DNA from: Paraspadella gotoi
Lineage: Eukaryota; Animalia; Chaetognatha
Assembly (NCBI GenBank): GCA_051294375.1
Contig: JBJCIZ010000239.1
Span: 1,231,678 to 1,295,677 of the forward strand
DNA: 64,000 bases
Direction of reading: 5' to 3'
Of this stretch, positions 1-50,931 are shown piece by piece; the stretch's first letter is position 1, and every line of letters begins with the position of its first letter. The notes below the pieces were generated by a model. The model saw only the letters and a program-made list of their open reading frames with translations. It ran no database searches and was not told the DNA's origin. A program made the translations under genes and the position numbers.

Positions 1-1184
1 ATTGTCGTTGTTATTGTCGTCGCTGCACTAGTCTCCAACATAGTCGAAAGTTTGGCATTTCGTTGTTTAAGTTTGTTCTTTTATGTTCAATTGTATTGTA
101 TTGCATTGTCTCCTTCCTATCTCGCATTAACTGTGACGAGTTATGCTATCTTTATTTCGCCTTAAAAATGTAAAATTCCATTTCATTTGTGCCAAGTCTT
201 TGTTTCCGGCATAAAACTTTTCCGCTGGACGAACCTATTACAAATGCTGGAGACGTTAAAACTGAAAGGATCATGCTAGTTCAGTTATGATTATACTAAA
301 GGGGAAAAAAAGAGGCGGATTTTTTTAAAGTTGGCCAAAGAAAGTGCCATCTATACCGTATTTCCTATTCAGTCAAGATTCTCATCTGAAAATTAAACAT
401 TATTAAATTTAGTAAAATTAGAATAAATTTGGTCTTACCTAAGAGTTGAAAACGTCGAGTTTTGCAATGAAAGGAAAGTAGGGGTAAAAAAAGGGATGAA
501 GAAATTAATTAATATTGATTTATGACGCGATATATATGAAATTGGTACAACCGATATAAAATTTATCCATACATTTAATAAATAAGCTATCTTGCCCCCG
601 ACTTTGGACAGGCTTTGGTGGGGGACAGGCCTCCATCACTCTATGACACAATATAAGACTCATCATTACTCCTTAGTCAAGTAAAACACTTTTAAAAACT
701 TAACGCAATCCGACAGGCCACGTTGAGATAGTTTCACACATCATAAATGTGTCTGTGAAATTCACGGAATCGAGTGAGAATTACATCCGGTTTCTTTAAA
801 AAACTGCGAGGGGCATTTTACTTCCGGTTTGAAATAAAAGAAAGAAACAAATAAAAAAAANNNNNNNNNNNNNNNNNNNNNNNNNNNNNNNNNNNNNNNN
901 NNNNNNNNNNNNNNNNNNNNNNNNNNNNNNNNNNNNNNNNNNNNNNNNNNNNNNNNNNNNNNNNNNNNNNNNNNNNNNNNNNNNNNNNNNNNNNNNNNNN
1001 NNNNNNNNNNNNNNNNNNNNNNNNNNNNNNNNNNNNNNNNNNNNNNNNNNNNNNNNNNNNNNNNNNNNNNNNNNNNAGAGAGAGAGAGAGAGATGAGAAT
1101 TCTTCCGCCGTTCGAGTCACAGTCTGAAAGGGCGTCGTTCAACGTAAGAAAGTCGCATCCTTGTGTTATAGTCTTCTCGGCAAA

Positions 1185-1600
1185 GTGGAAAGTGGAATTA
1201 GGAAGGTGGAAAGCGGAAATGGGAAGGTGGAATTAGGAGGTAGAAAGTGTAAATGGGAAGGTGGAATTAGGAAGGTGGAAGGTAAAATAAGGAAGGAGAA
1301 AGATGGAAATATAAATTTTGGAATTAGGAAGGTGGAAGCTGAATGATTAATGTGGAAATAGGAAAATGAGGAAAGTGAAAATAGGAAAATGAGGAAAGTG
1401 GAAATAGAAAAATGAGGAAAGTGGAAATAGGAAAATGAAAAAAGTGAAAATAGGAAAATGAGGAAAGTGGAAATAGGAAAATGAGGAAAGTGGAAATAGG
1501 AAAATGAGGAAAGAGGAAATAGGAAAATGAGGAAAGTGGAAATAGCAAGGCGGCTGTTGGAAAGTGGAAATAGCAAGGCGACGGTTGGAAAGTGGAAAAT
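1185..1600. repeat. Minisatellite, about 23-bp unit (GGAAAATGAGGAAAGTGGAAATA)
   Basis: Directly visible tandem units. Confidence 0.9.
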
Positions 1601-2042
1601 AGTAAAAGAAAGACTGAAACTTAAAAAAAAGGCCAAATTAGAAATTAAAAGTAATTGTAAAAATGGAAAGTTGAAAGCGGAAAGTGAAAGAAAATTTTCA
1701 TACCAAAAGAAGAGGAGGGGAAAAGAGGAGGAAGCTATTAAATAGAAATTTAAAAATCGCAAAGTGGCGCATAAAAATCAGGCGAAAAGCTAAGGGGAAA
1801 AAGGGTTAAAAAAAATTATCAAATATAAAAATTGAAACAAAGTGAAACGGAAATAATAAAATAGAATAAAAGAAAGAATCGGGAAGATGTGAAATCCTTG
1901 ACTCACAAAAATTGTTTTTCTTTTTTAATTTTCACTCTTTTTTTTTCTCTTTTTCCTTTCTTTGTTTTTAAATTCTTTATATATATCTAATTTTTCTTTG
2001 AGAGTCATTGCATGTACCGTGATAAGGAATTATATAAAAAAT

Positions 2043-2152
2043 TTCACATGGGAGTATAAGTACACTATCTTATTTGAACCTGAAGATGATCTGTCCAATT
2101 GATCGAAATATTGGCCATGAAATAAAATAGTGTACCTGTACTCCCATGTGAA
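2043..2152 (+). ncRNA. Minimal hammerhead ribozyme motif (Penelope-like type) enclosed in a 33-bp inverted repeat
   Basis: CTGAAGA(2080-2086)-T-GATC-loop-GATC-GAAA(2105-2108)-TATT. Arms 2043-2075 and 2120-2152 are reverse complements with 3 mismatches. Confidence 0.65.
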
Positions 2153-2714
2153 GTCTTATTTCTTTTTAAACATCTCTAACTTTTGCCAAATGAAGGGTAT
2201 TTTCGTAAGTTTCTATTCATAATTCAGGCACATAATTTAAAGATTAANNNNNNNNNNNNNNNNNNNNNNNNNNNNNNNNNNNNNNNNNNNNNNNNNNNNN
2301 NNNNNNNNNNNNNNNNNNNNNNNNNNNNNNNNNNNNNNNNNNNNNNNNNNNNNNNNNNNNNNNNNNNNNNNNNNNNNNNNNNNNNNNNNNNNNNNNNNNN
2401 NNNNNNNNNNNNNNNNNNNNNNNNNNNNNNNNNNNNNNNNNNNNNNNNNNNNNNNNNNNNNNNNNNNNNNNNNNNNNNNNNNNNNNNNNNNCTCTCTCTC
2501 TCTCTCTCTCTCTGTCTGAACGAGAGACGGGAGAGAGAGAGAGAGAGTTTTTCCTCACCGATTCTCACAACCTTTTTCTCTCTCTTCATCTTTATTTTTT
2601 CTTTTTTTTTCTTTATTTTTTCCTTTCTTTTTCGCGATCCCCTTTTTTTTTCTGGCTTCGAACCCAAAAGCGAAAGCAAACAAGAATTCAAATATCAGAC
2701 GCCGATGGACGAAA

Positions 2715-2751
<37 letters not shown>

Positions 2752-3279
2752 CTCGTCGTCATTGTCCTTCTTCTTCCCCTCGTAATCGTTGTTGTTCTAA
2801 ACCTCATTGTTACCGTTTTCGCTTTTGTCCTTTTTTTTTTTGCTCCTTTCCTGCCATTGTTGTTGTTGTTGTTGTTTGTCAAAACTGATTCGTCGTCGTC
2901 GTCGTCATCATTATTGTAGTTTTTAATGACGTTATTGTTACAGTCTGAGTCGATGTTGTCGTGGTTTTTATTATTGTAGCTTCCCATAATTAATGTCCAC
3001 GTCGTCGTCGTCATCGTCTTCGTCGTCGTCGTCGTCATCGTCTTCATCGTGGTCATCTTCTTCTTCGTCGTCGTCGTTCTGATCATGGTCGTCGTCGTCG
3101 TCGTCGTCGTAGTCGTCCTCCGTTATCTAGCATCGAAGCCTCGCATCCTTTTTTATCCAAAATCTTCGTTATCATCTTCATCGTCGTCGTCGTCATCATC
3201 ATCGTTTGCATTATCATTCATTGTTATACTTTTATCTCTCATCTTCATCTGAAGCAGCTAAAGAATTGATAGCATTGAA

Positions 3280-3339
<60 letters not shown>

Positions 3340-4522
3340 GCGGCGGTACGACCTCACCCCAGCTGCGGCTTGGATGGAATCGAGAGATGGATTTCCGTCC
3401 GTTCGTCCATCTGTCCGGAACTACGAATCAGTTCGTCAACAGAAGAAGTCGGTTTCTGGACTTAACCAAAAATTGAATGAGGACTTTTGTTAGTTTTAAA
3501 TTTAAACTTAGATTAAAACTTAAATATGTTTTAATATAACAATTACGGATTATACTAATTCTGCTCTTGAGTTGAACCTCTTCTTAAGAAAGCTACCAAT
3601 GTATGAAAATTACAAAATTGCTATATTAACATTTAATAGCAGTGTTATTAATAGTTAGCTATAACGGCCACGAAAACAGTCAAATAGAACGTATGTAATC
3701 GTTTTTAAAGTGAAACTGCTTTCACAGTATATCAATCATTACGTGTTCGTTGTTTTTCCAACCTCGCTTTAATAAAAATATATTTTCTAATCTTGAAACT
3801 GTTATTTTGTTTTTATCTCCGAACCCGTTACGACTCGAACCCGTTGTGCCACCTCGCAGTTCTTGATGGAACTATTCGTAACAAAAGACAATTTCGAAAG
3901 ATGATTCGAAGAATTTCAATTATTATCATGAAAATAAATAAGTAATTTTCAAAATACAAAATATTGCGTATTGTGTATGTTTTGTGCAACTTCGTTTATG
4001 AAATATATCCAATTAGTAGACCTCAATAAAACAATGAAGTCATTATTGTAATCGCAGGCAATGATAAGGCTTAGATTAGCGCGGGTTTGCCTAAGCAACC
4101 TCCGGGAACACTTTTTTCCACAGCCAAGAATCGAAGATAACGATAACTTAAATATATTTTGAACGCGATAGTTAACAAAACAAAAAATTATTAAAAAAAC
4201 CATGAAAGCAAAATATTAATTTTCGACGATTTTTTACAGTATTTAAAGGAATGAAATTCTCTTTATTATCGTATTTTTCATTGGGCAAAAAAATAAGCGA
4301 TCGAGCTTTATAGCTTGACTAAATAATCTATATATAATGACGCTCGTCAATTTCAATTCTGTCAAAGAGTTTGTTATTTATTCCTTCAACTTTGTCATCT
4401 AAAATCAAACGAAGGTCGCGAAAAAGAAACAACATGTATGAGTTACGATGACGGAAAAAATATGTAGACTCGAAATTTGACAAGTGATCATGATAATACA
4501 GTGAGGAGACTGCGGAGAGAAG

Positions 4523-4581
<59 letters not shown>

Positions 4582-4751
4582 GGTGATAAGTTCACTCTAG
4601 GAGGGAATTATTAAATATAACTGGTTAAAGTGTCTTCAATATCTGCAGCATGTTAAGAAAAAAAACTTTCTACATTTCGCGTAGTAGAATATTTCATTAT
4701 CAGCGGAACAATCACACTGACTCCTCTCTACTCTCTCTCTCTCTCTCTCTC

Positions 4752-4805
<54 letters not shown>

Positions 4806-5082
4806 TCAGACTCGCCTTTACTTTCCGTCCGGATGCGAATGAGGAAAATTTTCAGATGCTATTTAGGAACTACTATTTTAAATGGAATTCCCAAATTTCT
4901 AAGTCAAACTTACTCTTTTTTGACGAAGACAAATTGCAGGGAGACAAGTTGACTTGTGTTCGTCGTCGTCGTTTTCGTCTTCGCCATCATCATCGTCGTC
5001 ATCGTCGTCTTCGTCATCATCACCCTCATTGTCTTCTTGCCATCATTGTCTGCAATGAAACGATGACTCAACCATCTGCTTC

Positions 5083-8000
5083 ATGGGTTCGATTCCATCT
5101 CGAATTCCCGGCGCCGACTCCCAACAACCGAACGACGCCGCCTGCCCCTGCCTTCCCTCCCTCGGCGTCAAACGACGCAAAAGCGAAGCCGCGGTCCACG
5201 CCCTCAAACCGCGAACGGCGACCGGCGCCAGAAAAACTAAAAAGACGCCGGCGGAGAAAGACGCCGCCCATCGAAACGCCGCCGCGGAATTCACAAAAAC
5301 TCGAGCCAAATACGCTACTGCGACGCCGCTCGCCGCTATTCCGGAACGCCTCGTCCGTCTCGACGACGCCGACGGCGCCGGTGCCGACCCTAATTCCTCC
5401 ACGGCGTCGCGTCTTCATCTTCCCGTCGACGCCGATCGATCCGTCAAGAGCGTCTCGTTCGACGACGCCTCCATCGCCTCCACGAGGCGAGAGATCGACG
5501 GAAGTACAAGGTATTAAAAAGTACAGTCCAGTCTTGCATTGCAGATGGAATTGGATCCGCGACTCGGGTAGAATCAGCCGAAAGAAGGATTCTTCCTTTT
5601 CATGGTTTTGCATAAATGATATCATTATAAATGGAAAAAAAACATCGGTTGTAAATAACTAACGTGGATAAGGCGCTAAGTGGGCTGAAGACTACTATCC
5701 GTAACTTCTGTGCCACCTCAGCAGATATGGAACTGGTCCTGGGCTCGGAACCTAGTGGTCATTAACTGAAGGCTTTACTCAATGAGCCACCGGGTCACGA
5801 CTGAAGGTGTCCTGCTTATAACCCATCTAACCCGCCTCACCTTCAATATCGAACTCACCTCACTTACCCCTTTTATGAGAATCATCTTGAATCTAATTCT
5901 CTTGCTCCCTCTCTATCGTCTCCGTCTCCCTCTCTATCAGGCGTCGACGTCGCCGTCACGACTCGACGTCGATCAAACCGGAAGACTCAGCGTCGAACGC
6001 GGCAGCGGGCGGCGAAGCTGGGGCGCAGCCAGCGTCGGGGACGAGGATTCACGAGTTGGCGATGAAGGCGAAGAGGAAGTTGGGGAGGAAGAAGGGGGAG
6101 GAGGAGGAGGGGGAGGAGGAAGAAGAGGAGGAGGATCCGGCGAGAGGAATCGTGCTCAAAGGAGATCAATTGCAAAGGCTTCAATCCAGGTGGTTGAGAG
6201 AAAGGGATTGCTTGAAGGCAATATTAGCAAAATACTGGCAGTTTTAGAGATTTTAGGATTAAAATGTTGAAAGGATGATTGTTGATTAGTGTCGTGAAGC
6301 GGGTACAATTGGGACATTATGATTAAAGCCATAGACATTAGACAAGACAGATTTTGTCTTTAGAGAATAGACAGTCAGTTTTGGGTTAACTTTATAGACT
6401 TTTGAATATTTTAGGAAACAAAGAATTTCATGGATTTTAAATTATTACTATTGAAACGGTTCATATATTCCTATTGATATTATGTTTTTGTATTTTTTTT
6501 CTTTTAAATAATCTTTCTCTTCTTCTTTACATCAGCAAAAGATTACATTTTAAATCAAATTTAGCAACAATGAGTTTTAACAATAAAAATTTAATTGTAA
6601 AATAAAAACCCATTGTTGTTAAATTTGATTTATTAAAAATCAGCATGCTGAATAAAGACTCGAAATCTACACGAGTCGAAACGTGTCCGATTTTTATTTT
6701 AAAATAACAACCCATTGTTGTTTAAACAAACTTTTCGTTACACTCCTATTAAATTTCTAACTAACAACAAAAAAAGAAAAGCTAACTACAATTTAAATCA
6801 TTTTTTTTCATTTTTCTTAAATATTTTAAAGACGTTTTTTCCGTTCCACGTTTTCTAATTTTCGATATAAAAATGGTAAAACAAAAATAAAAATCATTCG
6901 TTCATTCATTCCATAAACCAGCTTTCTTTTCGCCTAACTTTGGTGGGTTTTCGTCCCTCTTACAAAGACTAATATATTGTAATACATTGTAATACATTGT
7001 AAAAACCCTCGCATCATTTATCCCGTCTTAATTAATATTTAATTCAATTATTCACTCGTCGAATTCCCTCCCTTCCTCCCCCAACATCCAAACCTTCCTC
7101 CAGACAAAGTCGACGCCTCGAAATCCAACGGCGCCATCGACGAACCCTCGCCTCCGCTTCGGGTCTAAGCCGGCGCCTTTTGACCTCGGGAAAAGTGACG
7201 CCGGCGGAGACGGCGCCGAGATTTTCCAATACTCGAGATTCGGCGCCGAGAATGGAACGAAACGAAACGGCGTCGGAAGAGGACGACGCCGGGGATCGAA
7301 CAGCGACTTTCGGCGTGGCGGCTGCGGCTGCAGCGTCTGCGGATGCAGCGTCTGCGGCGGCGTCTGGCGTTACGACGGAAAGTTCGTCACCAATGGAAGA
7401 AACGTCGGTCGCTATGACGACGGCGACAACGACGACGACGGTAATTGACGATGACGAAGACGACGAAGTGACAACTACGCCGACACAAACAGAAACGATG
7501 ACAATGACGCCGATGAATGACGATGACGAAGACGACGGAAAGAAAACGACGACGACGACGACGACAACGACGACAGTCATTGACGACGACGAAGACGATG
7601 AAGAGAAAGCGACGACATTGATGCCTCAACTCACAGCGACATCAACGACTTCGGGCGTCTACGAAACGACGCCGATTCCTCTAACCCAAGACGGCGTCGC
7701 CCCAACAACGCCGGAGAATGAAAAGGAAGCCGAGGAAAATCGGCGAGATTCCGTCGCCGGGACGAATAATCTTTCGGATTCGATGGAACCGAGATTGAAC
7801 GATGGCGCCGTTCCACATCAATCGAACTCAACTCTTAGAGATTCCGGTTCCATTTCAGACTACGACGTCTCGAAGGTCCGGGGTTCGATTCCCGACCGCT
7901 TAGGCAATACTCCGTCTCCCGTTCACTCTACCAATCCTAATTTTGACAATCACGATGGCGACGCGTCCAATGCTGCCAATACTGCGTCCAATGCTGCCAA

Positions 8001-8934
8001 TACTGCGTCCACTGCTGCCAATACTGCGTCCAATGCTGCCAATACTGCGTCCTATGGTGCCAATACTGCGACTGCAGATGCATCGCTTGAAGATTCTACA
8101 GCATCAAGCGAAAATCTCTCGCGTCGGGATTCGATTCCATCCGACGAAGAGAAAAACTTGGAAGAAGAAGGAACGAAACTTCCTTTGGTCGAAGATTTCG
8201 AGACGAAGAGAAAAAAGGAGAAAAATATCGAGGATCGAAAGATGAATGAAGTCGAAGATGGAAAGGAGATGAATGACCAGGAATCGCAGGATGGCACCAA
8301 CTTTTACGTTAACGGCGCCAACGCCAACGCCGAAGACGCCGAAGTCAATTTTGACGCCAAGGCCGACCACGCCAACATGAACGCTGATGCTTTTCGCGAT
8401 CCTAAGGACATTTCTGACTCCTCGCCCAAGAATATCATGACCTTAAGTGAAAATGAAGTTAGCAAGCCTGACGCCAACGTCAAGGAACTCAATGACTCCA
8501 ACCCCAATGTTGACAACAATGAAACAAACGACGCAGACGCCAAATTCGGCGCTATTGTCAGTGAATGCCACGCCAACGCCATCGCCAGTGACGCTAATGG
8601 CGCTGAAACCAATTCCAATGTCAGTGAATGCGACGCCAACGCCAACGCCAATTACGCCAACTTCGCCTCGACGAAAACAAATTCCGAAACGATTTCCGGC
8701 CTCGAAATATCAAACTTAAAAACTCGCGTCGAATCCAATATCATCCGGAGTTTAACTCACGATCTCCCGGATGTAATAGAAGATAGTGTCTCCAGCCTCA
8801 TGAAGAACGAGGAAATCAACAACAACAAGAAAGACGACGAATCGGCGACGCTGGCGCTGCCGCTGCCGCCGACGCCGCAATCGACTCGAAATGGAATTTC
8901 GACGCCGTCTGAATCGATTTCGGCGCCGCGATGA
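5083..8934 (+). CDS. Three-exon gene encoding an unrecognised, probably disordered 835-aa protein (exons 5083-5510, 5941-6189, 7104-8934)
   Basis: ATG at 5083. Junctions AAG|gtatta...ctctatcag|G and CAG|gtggtt...ttcctccag|A are both phase 2 and join into the 7180-8934 ORF with no stop (428+249+1831 = 2508 nt). Exons are GC-rich against AT-rich introns. No domain recognised. Confidence 0.8.
5663..5808 (-). mobile_element. tRNA-derived SINE, family A, short copy in intron 1 of the unrecognised 3-exon gene
   Basis: Shares both end motifs with 27960-28203; A-box-like TGGCTCATTGAG and GGTTCCGAGCCC on the minus strand. Confidence 0.6.
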
Positions 8935-9098
8935 GAGTCTGAGCGATGACGGCGCCGCCCATCCTCCTCTACAGTCTACATCCTCTTCTTATCCTCCACC
9001 CCCCCGATTCCATTTTTTTTGGGGGGGGCGGTGGTTGGGAAATGTTTTGGAGGGAGAAAAACAGAGACGGAGTTAAAAGAAGTCAAAAGTTTGGAGGG

Positions 9099-9145
<47 letters not shown>

Positions 9146-10012
9146 TTTATTACATAAAAGACAGTTTATTACATTATTTGCATATTAATGAAACTTTTCA
9201 GGTGTAAATTTTTGAATTTTGAACTAATCTTTATCGCAAAACGTTTAATTTGACCCACAAATCGTCTTCCATTATATTTAATTTAAATAAATTCTTTATG
9301 CGTTTGTTTTAAAATCCCCACGCGTAGAAAATGAGGTCCTGCTCTATTAAGTTTCCTTTCTCTTTATATTTTGATAACAATCCCATCGTTAATCATTTTT
9401 TTTAGATGTTTATATCCACCCCTTAAGAAAAAAGATCGGATAACGATTTTGATTTCGAAAATAAATCCATCCTTTCGAATGAAAGAAAGATTTTAAAAAG
9501 GGGGGGGGTCGCTCGCAAATAAGATTCGTGACTTCGTTATTATTAAGAATATCTTTTTGTCATAATCGCAAATTTTTTTATTCATTCTTTCTCACTGAAT
9601 AATCATTTTTGAGTAATTTATTTAACATTTTTGGGAATTCCTAAATAATTTTTTTTCCCCGAGTTCCGCTTCTCTTTATTTCTTTATCAATTTTCATACA
9701 TTAAATAATTTTACAACTCTTTTCCATCTGAAATCATTGTTATAATTTCATCATTATTCCAATTAACTCGCGTCTTTACTCGTTCGCTATCTTAATTTCA
9801 TTCAATTTTATCAGAGATTGTACAATGTACAATGTACAATGTACAATCGTGTTGTAACAATTGATCGTTCATGAAAAATTACTTTCAATCCGCAGAAAAT
9901 ATTTGGTTCAAGATTTGTGGTCAGAGAGAGATAGAGAGAAAAAGATAAAGATAGATAAAGAGAGAATAACAAATAAGAGTCATTAGTCAGTGATAGAGAG
10001 AGAGAGAGAGAA

Positions 10013-10090
<78 letters not shown>

Positions 10091-10351
10091 AGAGAGAGAG
10101 AGAGAGTTATCGTCAGAAATCTCTCAGGTTTCAGCCTCAATAAATTTGCGACGGCGAAATTTTAGAAAATCTAAATCTTCTTCTAAATGGAAAAAAAAAA
10201 ACAAATCAAAGAAAGTTTTGACTCGCTCTCTATCCCACGCCCTCCCGCGCTGATTTTTTCGTCGTCGTCGTCGTCGTCGTAGACCGCGATGAAGGATGTT
10301 TATAGTTATTCACGGATTATTTTTAATAGGTTATTTATAAATTTTGTCCTC

Positions 10352-10385
<34 letters not shown>

Positions 10386-11258
10386 CTCTCTTCTCTCCGA
10401 TCATCTAACCCTCTCTCTCTGCTCTCTTTCTTTCCCTCTCTCTTCTCTTCTCTCCTCCCTCCTCTTCTCTCTCATTTCTTCAAATTCCTCGATCCTCTCC
10501 ATTTCCTCATTCCATCTCTAGCTCTCTCGAGTTTCTCCGCCTTTCGATTTCCTCCCGTTGCTCTTTTTTTTTTCTTCGTCGTATTTGTTCCAAAATTCCA
10601 AGATGGCGGCGGAGAAAAAGTGAGTAATGGATTTAATAATTAGTTGGACAATTAACAATAAAAGAGATAAACCAAATAATCCCGGATTCAAATTGTAAGT
10701 TTAATATCTTCTTTTTTCTGTGTTATATTTTTCGAGTTGTAGTTTCGTGTGTCAAATTTTGGGTTTTATCTTAATCATATTCGAAGAATACGATTTTATT
10801 TATTTTAAATTAGAAAGACAGAGAGAGAGAGAGAGAGAGATAATGATAAATGATAAATGATACAACAACGGACCTGAGCTCNNNNNNNNNNNNNNNNNNN
10901 NNNNNNGAGAGAGAGAGAGAGAGAGGAGATGGAGACGAGAGTAGAGAGAGGAGAGAGAGAGGACGAGAACAGGAGAGAGAGAGATAAGATGATGAGAGAG
11001 AGAGAGTTATCGTCAGAAATCTCTCAGGTTTCAGCCTCAATAAATTTGCGACGGCGAAATTTTAGAAAATCTAAATCTTCTTCTAAATGGAAAAAAAAAA
11101 AACAAATCAAAAGAAAGTTTTGTGACTCGCTCTCTATCCCACGCCCTCCCGCGCTGATTTTTTCGTCGTCGTCGTCGTCGCTGCGTAGACCGCGATGAAG
11201 GATGTTTATAGTTATTCACGGATTATTTTTAAATAGGTTATTTATAAATTTTGTCCTC

Positions 11259-11351
<93 letters not shown>

Positions 11352-11495
11352 CTCTCTCTCTCTCTCCATTTCTCAAATTCTCGATCCCTCTCCATTTCCT
11401 CATTCCATCTCTAGCTCTCTCGATTTTCTCCGCCTTTCGATTTCCTCCCGTTGCTCTTTTTTTTTTCTTCGTCGTATTTGTTCCAAAATTCCAAG

Positions 11496-48706
<37,211 letters not shown>

Positions 48707-48862
48707 GTAGAGCGCGCCTGCGGGGTGGGGGGCCGTTTGTGGTTGCGTGGGCGTCGATGTGGGCGTGTGGGGCGTGTGGGAGTTTTGTGCGGATGTGAGA
48801 TTTCAGAGTGTGGGCGATGGAGTGAACGCGTGTGGGCTAAATTGTTCGTCCTGGTTCCTGCT

Positions 48863-48938
<76 letters not shown>

Positions 48939-49190
48939 TGTCGCCTCATTCTCATTGAGTCATCAACTGCGCGAGAGCTTTTTTTGTTGTCGTCGTGTTT
49001 ACTACCTAAACGCCGTCGATGCCTGTTCAAGTTCAGTGTTCAAGCTGTTTAACGACTGTTTGTCGCGCGGTTTTTATCTGCGTGCGTCGACACGTGTGCG
49101 GAATGTCACGTGTGTCACGTACACGCTGAGTGTAATAAATTCTTTCGTTTGAGTCAGTCGCATCCTCTTTTGCTTCGTTCTTTGGCTTTA

Positions 49191-49330
<140 letters not shown>

Positions 49331-49918
49331 TTTCGTTCGACACTTCGGATAATTCCTCAATTAATGAGGTTTCCGTATTTAAATATATGCGGAGGTCAGT
49401 TATTACCCAGTTATCACAGGTTCCCATTCTCATTGTCTGTCATTAGTAGAAAGAGAACGGAGGTTGTTATCAGCAATACGTTAATAGCTTCGGTCAGCTT
49501 AACGTCGCTCCTTTGCGATACATTTAATTCTTGTCATAATCGTTTATTTAAAAGACAGAGTTAACCTCCCTTAATTTCCAAGAGAGAAAAAGCGTCCTTT
49601 TGAAGACATCGATAGCAATACTTCCTTTGCATTTGATTAATAAAGTTGCACCGTTCATTTTCTTCCGAGTTTATAGCATTGGTCATTAAGAGAATAAATG
49701 TGGATAAGACGCAAAGTGAACTGAAGATAACTTCTCAATGAATAATTTTATTTTTAAACTTTCCTTTTTCCGTAACTTTTTCAACTTCTTTTTAGCAGAA
49801 ACGGCTTGGCACAATAATATAATATAATATATTAAAATATATTATAATATACTATATTATTTGGCGGGATAATACTGAGCGATAGTCTTCGAAAGCGCCC
49901 GTCATCTCAGCAACATAA

Positions 49919-49956
<38 letters not shown>

Positions 49957-50086
49957 TCTCTCATCTCCTCTCCTCTCTCTTCCTCTCTCTCTTCTCTCTC
50001 TGTCCATAGACCTCAACTGCGCAATAAAGAAAGAATCCAAAACGAAATCCCCTGCACAAATTTCTTCAATTTTCTTTCGTCAAAGC

Positions 50087-50121
<35 letters not shown>

Positions 50122-50890
50122 GAGAGAGAGAGAGAGAGAGGAGGAAAGAAGGAATTTTCAATTCCTACCTTGTTCCATATTTTTGTTCCCCTTTTTATCA
50201 CATTATTCCGTTTCCTCCGTTCATTCCATTTGTTCTATTTTTTTTTTCCTTTTCTCTTCTTTTATTCTTTTATTCTTTTATTCTTTTATTCTTTTATTCT
50301 TTTATTCCATTATTTCTTTCTTTTTTTTTCTCTTCTCTTCTCTTTGACGACGAGGAGAAGTCACGTGACCGTCATCGCATTTTATTCCCTTTTGATTTTG
50401 TCTCCTTCGTTTTCGTATTCTTTCTTTGTACAATATACAATATACAATACGCATGGTAAATATTACTAGATTATTAAATTGCATCGCAGGAGAATCAACC
50501 TCCTTTTCCCTTAAATGATAGGTACAACCAATATAATAATTATCCATTCGTTTAATAAATAAGCTATCTCGCCCCTTAATTTGGGACAGGCTTTGCTGGT
50601 TTAAGGCCTCCATCACTCTTACAAGATAATGACATAGCAGGTCCCTGCAATTGTCAATCAAGACCCCCAGAGTAGCTGGCTTTCCTGTCAATGTAATTTA
50701 TACATAATATGTAATCATGCGTTCTGTTAACAACAACAGTAAACGTTGGGGCAAAGCGCCGACAAACGACGGCGTCCAACCTCGTATTCAATGCGATAGG
50801 AGGACGACGACAACGATGACGACGACGACGAAGAACGGACGAGGTCATGAGCGGGTCAGCGGAAACAAGTTCGTCCCCACGGTGGAGAGC

Positions 50891-50928
<38 letters not shown>

Positions 50929-50931
<3 letters not shown>

